From the NCBI RefSeq assembly GCF_036588685.1, contig NC_086380.1:8370001-8434000 (forward strand): a stretch of DNA of 64,000 nucleotides, read 5' to 3'. Each line of letters opens with the position of its first letter. The first letter of the stretch is position 1. This document shows positions 61,305-64,000 of this stretch, in pieces. The notes below the pieces were generated by a model. The model saw only the letters and a list, made by a program, of their open reading frames with translations, was not told where the DNA came from and made no database searches. The stretch comes from Mytilus trossulus. Its lineage: Eukaryota. Made by a program: the position numbers and the translations under genes.

Positions 61305-64000
61305 TGTAAACAATATTTTATTCAGAAACAGATAAATACATGCGAACATAAATACAATACAATGGATTGGAAAACAAGTGACAAGTCACTTATACAAATT
61401 CCTCTCCTTTTAAATGGCAAAATAAATTACAATGGACAGAAAATGTACAATTATATAATATGATATCATGGAAAAAGAAATCAAATGTAATGGAAATTAA
61501 AATATAATGCAGATAGTATTTTTAATATTGGGTGACATGTTGTTGGGCCAACAAGAATAATTATGTGAATCTCTTAGTTTTCAATATATAGTCTTGGACA
61601 ATAAGAAAGTTCTTTTTATTGTCTATATCGGTAATGTTCGGATCCCCATATAGTAACGTATCTATGTTAAGTGTACCAACTAGGTTAACAAAAAGGGCTT
61701 CACGAGTTCGATGATAATTGGGACAGTTTAGAAGGAAGTGTTCTGAGGTTTCTATCTGTTTACATTTACAAAATGGGTCTGATTCCAAATTTTTCTGATA
61801 CAAGTGATCCCTAAGACTACTGCTCTCGGTACGGATTCGGGCATGATATATCTGGCCTAGTCTACTGCCTGCATAATAATAATTTGGTATAGAATGATTT
61901 ATCTTTAGAAATGCTTTAAGTGGCGCGATAGAACCAGCATTTTTTATATCTGGGAGGCTATTCCATAGTCGAACTGTTGATGGAAGGAAACTATTCATAT
62001 GATAAGTAGTTCGACAGGGTACTGATGGAAAATTATTTGCAGAACGAGTTCTATACTGATGAATGTTTCTAAACTGATCGGGAAGGATATCATTTAGATA
62101 ACATGGGGTCTTTCCATTCACCATATTATGAAAAAGTAAAAGTTTATGCTTATCTCTTCGCTGTTGAAGAGTCTCCCATCCGCATTCAGCCAAAAGTAAA
62201 CGTAGACTGGTGAGTTTTGTTGCACCAGTAACGATGCGTGCAGCATCGTAATTTACATGTTCAAGCTTCGCTTTTAAGTATTCGGGACAGTTATCCCAGA
62301 CAACATCAACATATTCAAGTAATGGGCGAACACAGCTAAAATACATATTTTCAAGAGATCTTCTGTCTAGCCTAAATTTTAGGCGACGCAGTAAGTTTAG
62401 TCGAGGTAACGTCTTTGAAATTATGTTTTCAATGTGATGATTCCATGTCCCATCACTCGAGAAAGTTAATCCCAAGTGCTTATGAGTTTGAACTCTTTTT
62501 ATAATGACGCCATTCATATTCAAAGGGGGATGATAATCTGGTTCGCTTTTGCGTGAGAAAACGATGGATTCTGTCTTAGACGGGTTAAAATTTACTAACC
62601 ATTTATCCGCCCAGCTATTTATTTTACACAAGTTGTTGTTTAAAGAAATCGACGAAACCAGTGGATTATCTACAACAGCATAAATACATGTATCATCCGC
62701 AAATAGTTTAATCTTACAGCTTACTTCGTTAATAATGTCATTAATATAAATAAGGAACAGCAAGGGCCCGAGAATTGAACACTGGGGTACTCCAGCATTT
62801 ACATCAGCCCATGAAGATTCTACTCCGTTTATGACCACCCTTTGTTTTCTGTTCGACAAGTAATCTTTAAGCCACAGGAGAAGGTCACCAACAATCCCCA
62901 TCATTTGCAACTTATAGAGCAATCCCTTATGCCACACACGGTCGAAGGCTTTACTTATATCGAAAAATATGAACCTGATATCTTTGCCTTCGTCTAAGGC
63001 TTTGCTAAGAACGTTACAAATGTATAAAAGCTGATTTCTGGTCGAATCGTTAGGCATGAAACCAGACTGGTGCTCGGAAATCAAAACTCGTACGAAGTTA
63101 AATACGTGTTTATATACACAACGCTCGAAAACTTTACTCATCACCGATAGAAGAGATATTGGTCGATAATTACTAAGTATGCTTTTATCGTCATTCTTGA
63201 AACAAGGAATTACATTAGCTAGCTTCCATGCGGACGGAAACAACTTCGTTCTAAGACTTAAGTTGAAAATAGCGCGTAGTGGTTTTGCTATAATATCGGC
63301 AACCGGCTTGAGAATACGACCGCTTATAGCATCAGGCCCCGAAGCCTTGTTGACATTTAAAGTTTGAAGAATGTCTTTAACTTCGTACGTTTCGAAAACG
63401 ATACTACTTAATCGTCTATCTGGAGGGGTGTCGTCCCTAGGCAGTAGTTTGTTGCTATCGTCAATATTAGACTGCGACGCAAAATAGTCATTCAATGCCT
63501 CGGTCTTTTGTTTATCGTCCTCAATAATAGAGCTGTTTAAATTGATAGGCGGGATATTCATGTCTCGAGATTTTAGGTTGGTTATGCGGTAGGCTAAATT
63601 CCACCAAATTTTGGTTGAAGACATGGTCGTTCTAAGCTTTCCGATCAGTTTGTCATAGAATTTTGTCTTCTCATTCCGTATTACGTTCACAGTTTTGTTA
63701 CGACTCCTGCGAAATTGTAGCCAGTTTTCGGGACTATTTGCCTTGTTCGCCTTCTTATAAATACGGTTCCTTTTTCTAATAGTCCTGCGTATGTAATTAT
63801 TCATCCACGGAGGATCGGTTTTCCTAACAGTGATAATTTTATTTGGAATAGCTTTCGAAGCAAAATCTATTAATAATTCGGAAAATCTCTCGACGAGCAC
63901 ATCGACGTTATTGCTAGATTCAATAAAATAGTTCCAGTTAACATCTGAAAGCATCCTACGGAAAAGGTCATAGTCGCCTCTGTCGTACAACCATATTTTG
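61305..64000 (-). mobile_element. CR1-group LINE (3' ~2.7 kb) inside a GPCR intron, antisense
   Basis: Long RT ORF; 3' UTR with stem-loop and AATAAA near 61317-61410. Confidence 0.9.
61561..64000 (-). CDS. LINE ORF2 reverse transcriptase (partial, runs off the window)
   Basis: YRPISLL, FFDISKAFD, GVPQCSILGP (G>C substitution in the QGS motif), FADD, HLG, C-terminal C-x-C...H...C. Confidence 0.92.
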   Translation of the reverse strand, partial: KIWLYDRGDYDLFRRMLSDVNWNYFIESSNNVDVLVERFSELLIDFASKAIPNKIITVRKTDPPWMNNYIRRTIRKRNRIYKKANKANSPENWLQFRRSRNKTVNVIRNEKTKFYDKLIGKLRTTMSSTKIWWNLAYRITNLKSRDMNIPPINLNSSIIEDDKQKTEALNDYFASQSNIDDSNKLLPRDDTPPDRRLSSIVFETYEVKDILQTLNVNKASGPDAISGRILKPVADIIAKPLRAIFNLSLRTKLFPSAWKLANVIPCFKNDDKSILSNYRPISLLSVMSKVFERCVYKHVFNFVRVLISEHQSGFMPNDSTRNQLLYICNVLSKALDEGKDIRFIFFDISKAFDRVWHKGLLYKLQMMGIVGDLLLWLKDYLSNRKQRVVINGVESSWADVNAGVPQCSILGPLLFLIYINDIINEVSCKIKLFADDTCIYAVVDNPLVSSISLNNNLCKINSWADKWLVNFNPSKTESIVFSRKSEPDYHPPLNMNGVIIKRVQTHKHLGLTFSSDGTWNHHIENIISKTLPRLNLLRRLKFRLDRRSLENMYFSCVRPLLEYVDVVWDNCPEYLKAKLEHVNYDAARIVTGATKLTSLRLLLAECGWETLQQRRDKHKLLLFHNMVNGKTPCYLNDILPDQFRNIHQYRTRSANNFPSVPCRTTYHMNSFLPSTVRLWNSLPDIKNAGSIAPLKAFLKINHSIPNYYYAGSRLGQIYHARIRTESSSLRDHLYQKNLESDPFCKCKQIETSEHFLLNCPNYHRTREALFVNLVGTLNIDTLLYGDPNITDIDNKKNFLIVQDYILKTKRFT

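Overview
AT-rich, intron-rich animal genomic DNA; the interspersed repeats point to a bivalve, most likely Mytilus (inference, not verified). I assembled five host genes by hand from GT-AG splice sites with consistent phases. These are the last two exons of a RETSAT-like gene (+), a 2-exon KCTD7-like BTB gene (-), a 4-exon PtpB/IphP-type (Y_phosphatase3) phosphatase (+) head-to-head with the KCTD gene, a 16-exon ABCB half-transporter with an extra N-terminal membrane domain (-), and the first four coding exons of a class C GPCR-like gene (+). Mobile DNA is abundant: three LINEs, a Penelope-like RT relic, many MITEs, Helentron-type elements, a palindromic 625-bp trimer and hammerhead-ribozyme motifs. 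The most notable object is a complete 5.5-kb Ginger-type DNA transposon (59-bp TIRs, TATA TSD) in ABCB intron 12. Its integrase gene has six exons, one homopolymer frameshift, an AT-hook-like motif and a C-terminal Tudor/SH3-like domain. Also notable is a LINE whose intact ORF2 has no usable AUG and is separated from ORF1 by a single in-frame TAG. All calls are by eye; no database searches were run.
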